DNA from: Actinomycetota bacterium
GTDB lineage: Bacteria > Actinomycetota > Actinomycetes > S36-B12 > UBA5976
Reading direction: 5' to 3'
Assembly: GCA_947452765.1 (NCBI GenBank)
Contig: CANGDR010000002.1
Coordinates: 24,407 to 88,406, forward strand
DNA: 64,000 nucleotides
In this document: one piece after another, positions 48,375 through 57,771 of the stretch
How positions within the stretch are numbered: position 1 is the first letter of the stretch
How the letters are laid out: each line of letters begins with the position of its first letter
Program-made: the position numbers and the translations under genes
The notes under the pieces: generated by a model
The model's database searches: none
Told to the model about the DNA's origin: nothing
The model's input: the letters and a program-made list of their open reading frames with translations, nothing else

Positions 48375-49288
48375 GCTCGCGGGTGTGCCTGCTCAAAGAC
48401 CGCACGTAGTCGGTCCATAGAAACGTGCGTGTAAAGCTGCGTAGTAGCTAGGCTCGCGTGACCCAATATTTCTTGTACTGCGCGAATATCTGCGCCACCT
48501 TCGAGTAAATGCGTAGCGGCTGAGTGTCTCAATCCATGCGGACTTAAATCAGGAACATCTAGGCTTTGCAGAACTTCGTGCACCATACTGCGCACGACCC
48601 GTTGATCAATCCTCTTGCCGCGGGAGCCCAAAAATACTGCAGGACCGCTTTCGTCCTTAACTAGTGCTGGGCGCGCTTGTTTTAAATATTGCTGAACGGT
48701 TTTTTCCGCAATGGCACCATACGGAACGACTCGCTCTTTAGATCCTTTACCTAAGACTCGTATAGTACGTCGTGAAGTATCTATGTCATGGATGTCTAAA
48801 CCAACAAGTTCGCCAACTCGAATGCCAGTTGCATACAGCAGTTCGAGGATTGCGCGATCTCGAATATGAATTGGCGAATTATCATCCGCTCGAAGTTCAG
48901 CCCGGTCCATGACTTCCGTTGCTTGACTTTGCTGCAAAACGTGTGGCAGTCGCTTGATCACTTTCGGAATAACAAGTGCACTAGCTGGATCTTCATCAAG
49001 TAAGCCAGTCTGTTGTGCCCAAGCGAAAAACATCCGGATTGCTGTAGCACGTCGAGCAATAGTTGCAGATGAAAGGCCCGCAACGCGTTGCTCAGCAAGC
49101 CAGCCGCGAAGTTCTACGATTCCAATATCTGAGATGTCACCACAACTTCGAGTTTTGGCAAATGCAAATAGGTGAACTAAATCCTTGCGATATGCCTTGA
49201 CGGTGTTCTCGCTTCGACCCAGCTCCAGCTCCACGTATTGCATGAATCGATTCGATGCAGTTTCAAACTGCCGCTTTGAATCATCCAT
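48371..49288 (-). CDS. xerC: site-specific tyrosine recombinase XerC
   Basis: LRHSAATHLL and LGHASLATTQLYTHV catalytic boxes. Conserved neighbour of dprA in Actinobacteria. Confidence 0.85.
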   Translation of the reverse strand: MDDSKRQFETASNRFMQYVELELGRSENTVKAYRKDLVHLFAFAKTRSCGDISDIGIVELRGWLAEQRVAGLSSATIARRATAIRMFFAWAQQTGLLDEDPASALVIPKVIKRLPHVLQQSQATEVMDRAELRADDNSPIHIRDRAILELLYATGIRVGELVGLDIHDIDTSRRTIRVLGKGSKERVVPYGAIAEKTVQQYLKQARPALVKDESGPAVFLGSRGKRIDQRVVRSMVHEVLQSLDVPDLSPHGLRHSAATHLLEGGADIRAVQEILGHASLATTQLYTHVSMDRLRAVFEQAHPRA

Positions 49289-49362
49289 ATCTATACGGTG
49301 ACAAGACCGCCCTCAAATAGCAAGGACATTTCATGACCAATTAGGTGTCAAAGAGATACCAC

Positions 49363-50436
49363 CTAAGTAGCGCTTACTAATTGCCAACCTTTGCTGCCCT
49401 GCGAGATAACCCCTTGCATCTGCAGAACGGTTAAGGCTCCGAATAGTGAGTGGCTATCGACATTCCCGCCAAGGCGCATGGAAATTTCACTCGTCGGCAG
49501 AGCATCCCGAGAAATTAGACCCAATATGGTGCCTTCCAAAAGTCCCCATTGGTGTGCTGGCTTTGCTGCAAACTGGCTAAATATTTCTATCGGGTTAGCA
49601 ACTAGTTTCATCACGCCATCTCGAATAGCAGCGTGTACACCAGCGGAAGCAGCAGAAGTGAGAGGGCCAGGAATTCCCCAAACTGGGCGGCCAAGCGCAC
49701 TGGCCCAGTTTGCGGTTGATAGCGACCCCGAGCGCAGCGCAGCCTCAACAACCACGGTTGAACTTCCGAGAGCTGCGATCAGTCGATTTCGACTTAAGAA
49801 CCTATGTTTGTGTGGCCGAGCTCCAGGCGGAGCCTCACTAACTACAAGTCCTTGCTCTGAAATTCTTGTTAGCAGTCCACGGTGTGCCTGTGGGTAGGCA
49901 ACATCGACACCACACGCGAGTACAGCAACGGTTTCCCCGCTTACTGCAAGCGCTCCTCGATGTGAAGCAGCATCAATTCCAAATGCAGCTCCAGAAATCA
50001 CGGTCACGCGCATTTCGGCCGCTAAGCCACCAATGTCGCTGGCTACTCGCTCGCCGTACGTAGTTGCATTCCTGGCTCCGACGACGGCAATCGCTTGATT
50101 TGAGACTTCACTGAGCTCGCGATCACCTACACACCACAATCCGATCGGAGCAGCAACATCTAGATCAGACAGGGCAAGTGGCCACTCAACGTCACTTGGG
50201 ATTAGGAATCTGCCTCTAACGGAATTCAAGGATTTTGTTGCTTGCGCGAGCAGCGGTGAATCCAGAACTGACACGATTGCTTCCCTGACACCTTTTGGAC
50301 CAAGCCCAGATTTCCAGTTTTCGATGGCACGAATGGCGCCAAATTCAGCGACTGCCGCCCCAACTCGTTCATCCCCGGGTTCGCAGCCAATCGCAATTAT
50401 CATTCGAGCCTGCCGCTCGGTCAACTGGTTTGCCAT
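49363..50436 (-). CDS. dprA: DNA-processing protein DprA
   Basis: AVVGARNATTYG and SGAAFGIDAASHRGAL Rossmann-like core. Winged-helix-like C-terminus. Confidence 0.88.
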   Translation of the reverse strand: MANQLTERQARMIIAIGCEPGDERVGAAVAEFGAIRAIENWKSGLGPKGVREAIVSVLDSPLLAQATKSLNSVRGRFLIPSDVEWPLALSDLDVAAPIGLWCVGDRELSEVSNQAIAVVGARNATTYGERVASDIGGLAAEMRVTVISGAAFGIDAASHRGALAVSGETVAVLACGVDVAYPQAHRGLLTRISEQGLVVSEAPPGARPHKHRFLSRNRLIAALGSSTVVVEAALRSGSLSTANWASALGRPVWGIPGPLTSAASAGVHAAIRDGVMKLVANPIEIFSQFAAKPAHQWGLLEGTILGLISRDALPTSEISMRLGGNVDSHSLFGALTVLQMQGVISQGSKGWQLVSAT

Positions 50437-51944
50437 GAACCGTTTCCATCACGATGCATTAATGCAGCCGCCACATCAGAAACCGTTGGTTTGTCATGAC
50501 CACGCAAGTCGGCAATTGTCCAAGCAACGCGAAGTACTCGATCTGCACCGCGCGCAGACATTCCCGTAACATCGCGTGCCAGCAAAGTTTGTGCCTCAGC
50601 ATCAACCGGATATCTACGGCGCATTACAGGTCCTGGCACATGTGCATTTAGTGACCAGACTTCACCTCGATAACGATGAGTTGCCCGCTCTCGTGCTACT
50701 GCTACGCGAGCGGCCACAACCTGCGTGTCCTCGACTTCTCCCATCGACGGATCCAGATCAGCCAAGCTTGGCCGCTCGAGAGTCACCCTTAGGTCAATCC
50801 GGTCCAACAGTGGGCCTGAGATCCTTGAAAAATATCGTCGACGCACCTGCGAAGTGCAACTACATTCCACTCCAGTTCCAACAAATTTTCCACACGGGCA
50901 CGGATTTGATGCAAGAACCAATTGAAATCGCGCTGGTAGAACAGATTGAAATCCCGCTCTCGCAATTGACACTGAGCCGGACTCGAGTGGCTGGCGCAAT
51001 GCATCAAGGACGGCTCGATCGAATTCTGCGGCTTCATCAAGGCAAAGCACACCATGGTTAGCCAATGTCACCATGCCAACTCGAACTGTGTTGCTTCCGC
51101 CCCCGATCAAGGCAGCCTTAGTTGCGGTGTGATGCGGTGCCTGGAACGGCGGAGTTCGAATTAGACCTTGGCCTGGCATTAGCAGTCCAGCAGTGGAATA
51201 GATCGCAGTCACTTCGACAGCTTTGTCGTCATCCAGTGTTGGAAGTAATCCAGGAAGCCGTTCGGCCAACATAGTTTTTCCAACTCCTGGCGAACCCAGA
51301 AACGCTAAGTGATGGCCGCCTGCGGCTGCGATTTCTAGGGCATGGCGCGCAGTTATTTGCCCTCGAACGTCACGGAGATCAGGCAGGTCTGGCTCATGAA
51401 CCCTGGCAACTTGAGATTCCGGAAGCTCCAATTCCTCGCCACGCAGATGTGCTACCGCATCCACTAAATGGCGAACGCCGATTACTTGAATTCCTGGTAC
51501 AAGTTTTGCCTCTGATACCTGCGACAACGGGACAATCAGGTGCTTAAATCCGCGGCGATACGCAGAAAGTGCGGCAACCAGTACGCCACGTACGGGACGA
51601 ACTTGACCATCGAGCGCGAGTTCGCCAATTGCAATGGTCTGCGTCATCTCTGGGATTTGTGCGTTGGCTGACAAAATCGCCAATGCAATACCAAGGTCAA
51701 GCGAAGCGCCACGTTTATGAACTGAAGCGGGTGAAAGTCCAACTGTGATTCTTCGCTCCGATGGCCACGACAATTGACTATTCAGTACTGCGGCTCGGAC
51801 TCGATCTCGAGCTTCTCCAACAGCAGTGTCCGGCAACCCAACGATGGTCATTCCCGGGAGACCTTGACTCAAGTACGCCTCAATGTCAACAACTAGGCCC
51901 TCAACACCGGTTACGACCACTCCACAGGCGCGAGCTAGGGTCAT
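50421..51944 (-). CDS. comM: YifB/ComM family Mg-chelatase-like ATPase
   Basis: Lon-like N-domain, Walker A FLGSPGVGKTMLA, Walker B VLCLDEAAEF, 507 aa. Confidence 0.9.
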   Translation of the reverse strand: MTLARACGVVVTGVEGLVVDIEAYLSQGLPGMTIVGLPDTAVGEARDRVRAAVLNSQLSWPSERRITVGLSPASVHKRGASLDLGIALAILSANAQIPEMTQTIAIGELALDGQVRPVRGVLVAALSAYRRGFKHLIVPLSQVSEAKLVPGIQVIGVRHLVDAVAHLRGEELELPESQVARVHEPDLPDLRDVRGQITARHALEIAAAGGHHLAFLGSPGVGKTMLAERLPGLLPTLDDDKAVEVTAIYSTAGLLMPGQGLIRTPPFQAPHHTATKAALIGGGSNTVRVGMVTLANHGVLCLDEAAEFDRAVLDALRQPLESGSVSIARAGFQSVLPARFQLVLASNPCPCGKFVGTGVECSCTSQVRRRYFSRISGPLLDRIDLRVTLERPSLADLDPSMGEVEDTQVVAARVAVARERATHRYRGEVWSLNAHVPGPVMRRRYPVDAEAQTLLARDVTGMSARGADRVLRVAWTIADLRGHDKPTVSDVAAALMHRDGNGSWQTS

Positions 51945-52300
51945 CCGATAGCTCGGATGTGATTGATTACAGATGTTCCATCAGATGCATACCTGACTTC
52001 AATTGCATCAAAGCGAATTCCGGAATAGCTCATTCGATGAGAACTCATCCAGCCAATGGCAGCAGTTCTAATGTGCTCAAGTTTTAGTGCGGTAATCGCT
52101 TCTGCTGGATGACCATGAGCTAACGATCGCCGAGTTTTGACTTCACAAAAAACTAAAGTATTTCTATCCCGAGCGATTATGTCTAGTTCGACTCGATTAG
52201 ATCGAAAGTTGCGATCCAAAATTAAGTAACCGTTGTCTTGCAAATATTTTTCAGCTAGGTCTTCGCCAATGTTTCCGAGTTCTCGATTTGTAAGTTTCAC
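51941..52300 (-). CDS. yraN: YraN family (UPF0102) endonuclease-like protein
   Basis: GNIGEDLAEKYLQDNGYLILDRNFRSNRVELDIIARD.. pattern. 4-nt overlap with comM. Confidence 0.85.
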   Translation of the reverse strand: MKLTNRELGNIGEDLAEKYLQDNGYLILDRNFRSNRVELDIIARDRNTLVFCEVKTRRSLAHGHPAEAITALKLEHIRTAAIGWMSSHRMSYSGIRFDAIEVRYASDGTSVINHIRAIG

Positions 52301-52376
52301 ACAACTACTGTGCGATAAAATGCATTTTGATCTAGATCAAATTTACATTATGTGCAGATAAGTAAGTTGTGGATAA

Positions 52377-52682
52377 TTAAATCGAATCCATGTCTGGCTT
52401 AGAAAGTTCCTCAACGTTAACATCTTTAAAAGTTAGTACCCGGGCAGTTTTAACAAATCTTGCTTGACCGTACATATCCCAAATCCAGGCATCATTCATC
52501 GTGACTTCAAAGTAGACATCACCGGAATCATTGGTGCGTACTTGGACATCTACCCCATTTGCAAGATACATCCGGCGCTCTGTGTGAACTATGTAAGTAA
52601 ATAAGTGAACAAGGTCTCGATATTCGCGATATAACTCGAGCTCCATTTCGGACTCGTAACGCTCCAGTTCGTCAGCAGACAT
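52377..52682 (-). CDS. DUF2469 family protein
   Basis: MSADELERYESEMELELYREYRD.. N-terminus. Conserved between rnhB and yraN in Actinobacteria. Confidence 0.8.
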   Translation of the reverse strand: MSADELERYESEMELELYREYRDLVHLFTYIVHTERRMYLANGVDVQVRTNDSGDVYFEVTMNDAWIWDMYGQARFVKTARVLTFKDVNVEELSKPDMDSI

Positions 52683-52700
52683 AATGACAGCCTAATCGGT

Positions 52701-53366
52701 TCAGCTTGGTAGGTTCCATGACTTACGGTGAAAATCAGTAGCGCCGAAGCGGACGATCGCTTCCATGTGCCCTGCTGAGCCATAGCCAACATTTCCATCC
52801 CAGCCATATTCAGGATGCCCTGTCGCTGCTGCCCTCATCAAGTCATCCCGTTCAACTTTGGCCAGCACGCTAGCCGCCGACACTGAAGCGCAGGATGCAT
52901 CTGCCTTTATTTGCATAGTCACCGGAACTACGATGTCAGAAATAGGTTCAGTGAATAACTCGCCCTTTGGTTCAATCAGCCAATTGTGTTTTCCATCAAG
53001 TATTACGTGATCTGGTTTGGTTTGCAGTTGTCGATAGGCCCGCACCCAAGCCAAACGCAGCGCGTTGACAATTCCAATTTCATCAATCTCGGAAGCGGCT
53101 ACATGCCCGATAGCTGAATCGATTACCCAACTAGAAACCGGAGCGATGAGTTTTTCTCGCGCTAATCGACTTATCTGCTTACTGTCTCGCAAGCCAATTG
53201 GCACATCTCCAGTTTCATTACTAACAATTGCTACGCCGACGGAGACTGGACCTGCGAGTGCACCGCGGCCAACCTCATCGACTCCAGCAACGAATTTAAC
53301 TTTGGCGCTAAATAGCGAGCGCTCAAGTTCTAGAGTTGGCGCCGCTGACTTAGTGCTCAATGCCAC
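52701..53366 (-). CDS. rnhB: ribonuclease HII
   Basis: GVDEVGRGALAGPV catalytic motif. The start is uncertain: GTG 53366 or TTG 53360, both overlapping the lepB end. Confidence 0.88.
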   Translation of the reverse strand: MALSTKSAAPTLELERSLFSAKVKFVAGVDEVGRGALAGPVSVGVAIVSNETGDVPIGLRDSKQISRLAREKLIAPVSSWVIDSAIGHVAASEIDEIGIVNALRLAWVRAYRQLQTKPDHVILDGKHNWLIEPKGELFTEPISDIVVPVTMQIKADASCASVSAASVLAKVERDDLMRAAATGHPEYGWDGNVGYGSAGHMEAIVRFGATDFHRKSWNLPS

Positions 53367-53994
53367 CAATTCGATCAATTGGCCAAATTCGGAGTACCAC
53401 ACGACCAACAACTGTGCTTAGCGGCACCATTCCTTGATTTAAGTCAAGGTGAAATCTAGAGTCCTCAGAATTTCCACGATTGTCGCCCATTACAAATATA
53501 TGATTCTCTGGAACCAATACCTTAAAAGTTACTTGATCAGTTCCATTTCCAGGTTTTATATAATGTTCGTCAATTGATTTACCGTTAACAATAATTCGAC
53601 CTTGCGAGTCACAACATTCAATGGTGTCATTTCCAACACCGATTACTCGCTTCACTAAATCATTTCCGGAGTTGGCTGGAACTATCCCAATTGCCTGGAG
53701 CACTCGTCCCACTGGGCTGTCATATGGATTTGGAAAGCCTTCACCAAGCCAGCCACCTGGGTCATGGAAAACTACGACATTGCCACGATTGATACCAGTT
53801 AAGTCGGTGGAGATTTTAGAGACAATTATGCGATCATTTTTAAGCAAAGTATCTTCCATCGAAGCACTCGGCACATAAAAAGCCTGGATTAAAAAAGTAC
53901 GAACTAATATCGACAGAATAAGCGCAGTGCCAATTACGGTTGTCAGCTCTCGCGCCAGGTTTGGCTCTTTCTGTTTTTCTTTTTTGTGACCCAT
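53350..53994 (-). CDS. lepB: signal peptidase I
   Basis: N-terminal TM, catalytic Ser box VPSASMEDTL, Lys box LVKRVIG, GDNRGNSEDSR. Confidence 0.92.
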   Translation of the reverse strand: MGHKKEKQKEPNLARELTTVIGTALILSILVRTFLIQAFYVPSASMEDTLLKNDRIIVSKISTDLTGINRGNVVVFHDPGGWLGEGFPNPYDSPVGRVLQAIGIVPANSGNDLVKRVIGVGNDTIECCDSQGRIIVNGKSIDEHYIKPGNGTDQVTFKVLVPENHIFVMGDNRGNSEDSRFHLDLNQGMVPLSTVVGRVVLRIWPIDRIGGIEH

Positions 53995-54020
53995 AGTTCT
54001 TTCATCCTATGTAATGGAAC

Positions 54021-54056
54021 ATAAAGATGGCCCACCCGAGGGTGAGCCATCTTTAT
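54021..54056 (-). terminator. intrinsic terminator after rplS
   Basis: ataaagatggc-ccacc / cgag / ggtg-agccatctttat hairpin, 27 nt downstream of the rplS stop. Confidence 0.6.
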
Positions 54057-54082
54057 GTAGTTACTAAGTTCTTCAAATTTAG

Positions 54083-54433
54083 TTAGATGTTGTCGCGCTT
54101 TTCCTTGATCTTTGCCTTCTTGCCAGTTAGGTCGCGCAAGTAGTAAAGCTTGGCACGACGCACATCGCCACGGCTGACCAATTCAATCTTTTCAACAATT
54201 GGTGAATGGACTGGGAAGGTGCGCTCTACACCGGTTCCAAAACTGACCTTGCGAACTGTGAAAGTTTCGCGAAGTCCGCCACCATGGCGACGAATTACAA
54301 CGCCCTGGAAGATCTGGATACGGGAGCGAGTGCCTTCAATAACGCGGACGTGAACCTTTAGGTTGTCGCCTGCGCGAAAGTCTGGAATGTCGCTACGCAG
54401 CGAGGCTGCATCAACTTCGTCTAGAAAGTGCAT
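54083..54433 (-). CDS. rplS: 50S ribosomal protein L19
   Basis: True start is [23 protein letters not shown] at ATG 54433, with GGAG upstream. The in-frame 28-codon upstream extension was rejected. Confidence 0.93.
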   Translation of the reverse strand: MHFLDEVDAASLRSDIPDFRAGDNLKVHVRVIEGTRSRIQIFQGVVIRRHGGGLRETFTVRKVSFGTGVERTFPVHSPIVEKIELVSRGDVRRAKLYYLRDLTGKKAKIKEKRDNI

Positions 54434-54634
54434 TATTACTCCGATGGACAGGTCGCCACAGGTCGAAAGCCCAATAAATGGTTCTTGCCGGTTTTTGTTT
54501 TCAGCTTGTGTCATCAAACCCCTGTGGCGGGTTGATCACGCTTTAACAGCTTTGAGTTTGTCACAACCCTTAGGAATACGGCAAATTCCAGACCCGATTA
54601 CCTGTTAATCCCACGATTCTAAGGGTCGATATAT

Positions 54635-55543
54635 ATGCTTAGAGAGTTCCCTAACGAAAGCTTCCCCATGCCTAGGTCTCAAGCCCCAGCCACAACGCGC
54701 CATGTGCGGCTGGGTAATACTCGAGTTACCGGCAAAGAGCAGTACTACACGCCACCTGCTATTGCTGCGGGCATCATTCAAAAAGTTAAAAAACGATTAG
54801 GTGACTTAAACAGTTATACATTTTTAGAACCAGCCGGTGGTACTGGCGCTTTTATAAATGCAGCCCAAGCAGCTGGCTTTACCAAGTTCATAAGTTTCGA
54901 TATCGAGCCACACCACAAGAAAGTAAAACTAGGTGATTTCTTGGAGCAGGAAATCACGAAACAGCATTTAATAACCGTAAGTAACCCGCCGTTTGGCCGA
55001 AACAATGCACTATCCATTCCGTTCTTTAATAAAGCAGCAGAGAATTCTGACTTAATCGTGTTTATTGTTCCTCGTTCGTGGCGTAAATGGTCGGTTCAGA
55101 ATCGCTTAGATCGACGATTCCACTTGGTTCGTGATGATGACTTAACAATTAACTATGTCGATGTGGCTGGTGAGGATGCGCATGCGAAGAATAGGTTGCG
55201 CACCTGCGTTCAATATTGGGAACGACGCGATACGTTGCGACCGCTAATAAAAGTTGAGGACATGGGAATCATTGCCCGGACTTCGCCAGAGCTCGCCGAT
55301 ATTTCGATGACTACGTTTGGATACAACTGCGGCAAAGCAAATACCAAGTTTGAACGCCGGAAAATTTCAACTCAGATCTATTTGAAGCTATTGCACCCAA
55401 AGGCTAAACAGGCAATCGATAATTCTGACTTCTCAAAGTTCTACTTGAATACGGCCTATACCGAGGCACTTTCACTGCCAGAAATTAACTACGTACTCAA
55501 TGAATACATATTTGGCGATCCCAAAGTTCAGTTAATTAAGTAA
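54635..55543 (+). CDS. putative orphan N6-adenine DNA methyltransferase (gamma-class, TaqI-like motif order)
   Basis: Motif X-like QYYTPPAIAAGI, motif I FLEPAGGTGAFI, motif IV VSNPPFGRN, in that order. Opposite strand to all neighbours. Its 3' end overlaps the trmD 3' end by 12 nt. Confidence 0.6.
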   Translation: MLREFPNESFPMPRSQAPATTRHVRLGNTRVTGKEQYYTPPAIAAGIIQKVKKRLGDLNSYTFLEPAGGTGAFINAAQAAGFTKFISFDIEPHHKKVKLGDFLEQEITKQHLITVSNPPFGRNNALSIPFFNKAAENSDLIVFIVPRSWRKWSVQNRLDRRFHLVRDDDLTINYVDVAGEDAHAKNRLRTCVQYWERRDTLRPLIKVEDMGIIARTSPELADISMTTFGYNCGKANTKFERRKISTQIYLKLLHPKAKQAIDNSDFSKFYLNTAYTEALSLPEINYVLNEYIFGDPKVQLIK

Positions 55544-56224
55544 ATCAGGACGATATTGTGCGGTGCGAAGTTTCGCCTGCTCTTGTTTCCAGGCCGCAAT
55601 TTTTGCGTGATCCCCAGATATGAGAATTTCTGGGACCGCTAAGTCTCGCCATTCGGGTGGTCGGGTGTAAACCGGACCCTCCAGTAAATTTTCCATCTCA
55701 CCAACAGCAAATGAATCATCTGCGAAGCTTTCTTGATTCCCAAGCACACCCGGAACCAACCGCGCAATAGCTTCAACCATAACCAGTACGGCGACTTCTC
55801 CCCCAGCTAATACATAATCACCGATAGAAACTTCTTCGACGCGAATTTTGGTTGCGTAATGCTGAGCAACTCGCGAATCAATTCCTTCATAACGACCACA
55901 GGCAAATACGATGTGTCTCGCGCGAGAGAACTCTTGGGCCATGGCTTGCGTGAACGGTTGACCAGACGGAGTCGGGATAATCAGGATCGTTTCCTCGCCG
56001 ATAAGTCCATCAAGCGCCGCACCCCATGGCTCTGGTTTCATAACCATGCCGGGGCCACCTCCGTATGGCGAATCGTCAACGGTTTGATGCTTATCTGAGG
56101 TGTGCACTCGTAAGTCGTGCACCGACAACGAGAGTAAGCCATCGTCGATCGCTTTACCCATTAGCGAAAGTCGAAGCGGCTCGAGGTAAGCCGGAAAAAC
56201 TGAAACAACATCAAATTTGAGCAT
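55532..56224 (-). CDS. trmD: tRNA (guanine37-N1)-methyltransferase
   Basis: ..CGRYEGIDSRV.. and ..SIGDYVLAGGE.. motifs. rimM-trmD synteny. Confidence 0.95.
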   Translation of the reverse strand: MLKFDVVSVFPAYLEPLRLSLMGKAIDDGLLSLSVHDLRVHTSDKHQTVDDSPYGGGPGMVMKPEPWGAALDGLIGEETILIIPTPSGQPFTQAMAQEFSRARHIVFACGRYEGIDSRVAQHYATKIRVEEVSIGDYVLAGGEVAVLVMVEAIARLVPGVLGNQESFADDSFAVGEMENLLEGPVYTRPPEWRDLAVPEILISGDHAKIAAWKQEQAKLRTAQYRPDLLN

Positions 56225-56760
56225 CAGGATTCCTCGTCCCGAACCACGATCGCATCTAACTCGTTTAATAGTCCCGGCGGTGGGGTTATCGTGACACGCT
56301 TAGTTTCCAAGTCGATGTCGGGCACAAATTCGGTTACAAATGGGATCAAAACTTCTACGTCACCTTCGCGTTTAACGGAAAGTAAGTCCTGGCTTGGTAA
56401 GTGGATCACTTCTGAGATGATGCCTACCTTGGATCCATCACTTAAAACAACTTCTAAGCCAACTAATTGATGGTCGTAAAACTCGTCTGGATCATCCGGC
56501 AGTTCCGCTGGATCTACTTCGAGTGACAGCGTGATTCCACGTAAAGCTTCAGCAGCAGTGCGGTCATCAACGCCTTGGAAGTGAACCACAAAACGCCCAC
56601 TGTGCCACTTGGAAGTAGCGACAGTGAGCGTTGTGTTATCAGAAGTCATTAGAACCGTTCCATCCGCGTAGCGATGATCTGGTTCATCTGTCATTGGTTC
56701 AACGAAAAGGTCACCGCGCACGCCATGTGCTCGGCCAATGCGCCCGATTACGAGCTGCAT
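56224..56760 (-). CDS. rimM: 16S rRNA processing protein RimM
   Basis: MQLVIGRIGRAHGVRGDLFVEP N-terminus, PRC-barrel C-terminal part, 1-nt overlap with trmD. Confidence 0.92.
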   Translation of the reverse strand: MQLVIGRIGRAHGVRGDLFVEPMTDEPDHRYADGTVLMTSDNTTLTVATSKWHSGRFVVHFQGVDDRTAAEALRGITLSLEVDPAELPDDPDEFYDHQLVGLEVVLSDGSKVGIISEVIHLPSQDLLSVKREGDVEVLIPFVTEFVPDIDLETKRVTITPPPGLLNELDAIVVRDEES

Positions 56761-56763
56761 TAT

Positions 56764-57000
56764 TTACCTTCCGTCGACGTCAAGAATGTCGATACGTACA
56801 TTGCCCTTATCGGACAATGCATTTACGACAGTGCGAAGTGCAGTTGCGGTGCGACCGGCTTTACCGATTACCCGCCCCATGTCTTCAGGGTTTAGCTTGA
56901 CCTCAAGAGTTGCACCCCGACGGTTGTTTTCGCGAACAACAACTTCGTCTGGATGATCAACAATTCCCTTTACGAGGTGTTCTAATGTCTCGTCAAGCAT
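56764..57000 (-). CDS. KH-domain RNA-binding protein (YlqC/UPF0109)
   Basis: 78 aa, ..GRVIGKAGRTATALRTVV.. GXXG loop, located between rpsP and rimM. Confidence 0.88.
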   Translation of the reverse strand: MLDETLEHLVKGIVDHPDEVVVRENNRRGATLEVKLNPEDMGRVIGKAGRTATALRTVVNALSDKGNVRIDILDVDGR

Positions 57001-57002
57001 TG

Positions 57003-57566
57003 TTAGGCCTCTTCGGCTGGTGCTTCTTCAGCAGCTTCCGCTGCTTCTTCAACAACTTCTAGAACGGCGGCCGAATCAGTCGATTCAACTGCCATCGCTT
57101 CCGCAACTTCTACTGCAGATACGTCAGAGTCGGCATCTGCAACAACAGCTGGAACCGCTTCAACGACTACTTCTTCAACCGGCTTTTCAACCTTTGGACG
57201 AATAGTTGGTGTGCGAGGTTCGTTAGCAAGAGCTGCAACAGTTTCAGCAAACTTGGTGTTCTTGTCTACCTTTGCTTCCTTGACGCGCAAAGTTCCTTCA
57301 GCGCCTGGTAGGCCCTTGAACTTCTGCCAGTCACCTGTGATCTTGAGCAGAACCATAACTGGCTCGGTTGGCTGTGCGCCAACGCCTAGCCAGTACTGAA
57401 CGCGATCGGAATTAATCTTGATAAGACTTGGTTCTTCTTTTGGATGGTACAAACCGATTTCTTCGATGGCACGGCCATCACGAGCGGTACGGGCATCTGC
57501 AATTACTACGCGGTATTGCGGGTTGCGAATGCTGCCCATGCGCTTAAGTTTGATCTTTACGGCCAC
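57003..57566 (-). CDS. rpsP: 30S ribosomal protein S16 with long acidic C-terminal extension
   Basis: GTG start at 57566 gives (M)[20 protein letters not shown], with GGAGA 11 nt upstream. Ala/Glu/Val-rich tail of about 100 aa. Confidence 0.9.
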   Translation of the reverse strand: MAVKIKLKRMGSIRNPQYRVVIADARTARDGRAIEEIGLYHPKEEPSLIKINSDRVQYWLGVGAQPTEPVMVLLKITGDWQKFKGLPGAEGTLRVKEAKVDKNTKFAETVAALANEPRTPTIRPKVEKPVEEVVVEAVPAVVADADSDVSAVEVAEAMAVESTDSAAVLEVVEEAAEAAEEAPAEEA

Positions 57567-57771
57567 GAGTTTTATTTCTCCTGATAATTGGGGTGACATA
57601 AATCCGTTGTTGCAGCGGGGGCGCAACTAGTTAATGTCGATGAATCCAACTAGGTTGCGGGTAGAGGGCCGGCTACCAAGTCGGGATTACTTGATAAATC
57701 ATGCCAGACAAGGCAAAAATCGAGAAATTGAGACGCTTTCCGCCCAAATAAGGGCGTTTATGGGCACCCTG

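Noticed and set aside
48371-49288. Tyrosine recombinase as the integrase of a mobile element or genomic island
   Set aside because: It has XerC/XerD-type catalytic boxes and sits in the conserved actinobacterial xerC-dprA-comM-yraN-DUF2469-rnhB-lepB-rplS arrangement. There is no flanking tRNA, direct repeats or phage/plasmid genes. It is the housekeeping dimer-resolution recombinase.
49363-51944. DprA plus ComM as an accessory natural-competence island
   Set aside because: Both genes are near-universal in Actinobacteria at exactly this syntenic position. No pilus or ComEA/ComEC genes accompany them in the window.
54434-54517. 28-codon N-terminal extension of L19 given by the ORF track
   Set aside because: The canonical L19 N-terminus (MHFLDEVD...) with a GGAG RBS begins at 54433. 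The extension has no homology-like features.
57003-57260. Low-complexity Ala/Glu/Val-rich coding repeats at the 3' end of rpsP (and similarly rpsB at 46765-46900) as possible repeat elements
   Set aside because: They are in frame with the ribosomal protein genes. Acidic or Ala-rich C-terminal extensions of S16 and S2 are common in Actinobacteria, so they are not independent features.
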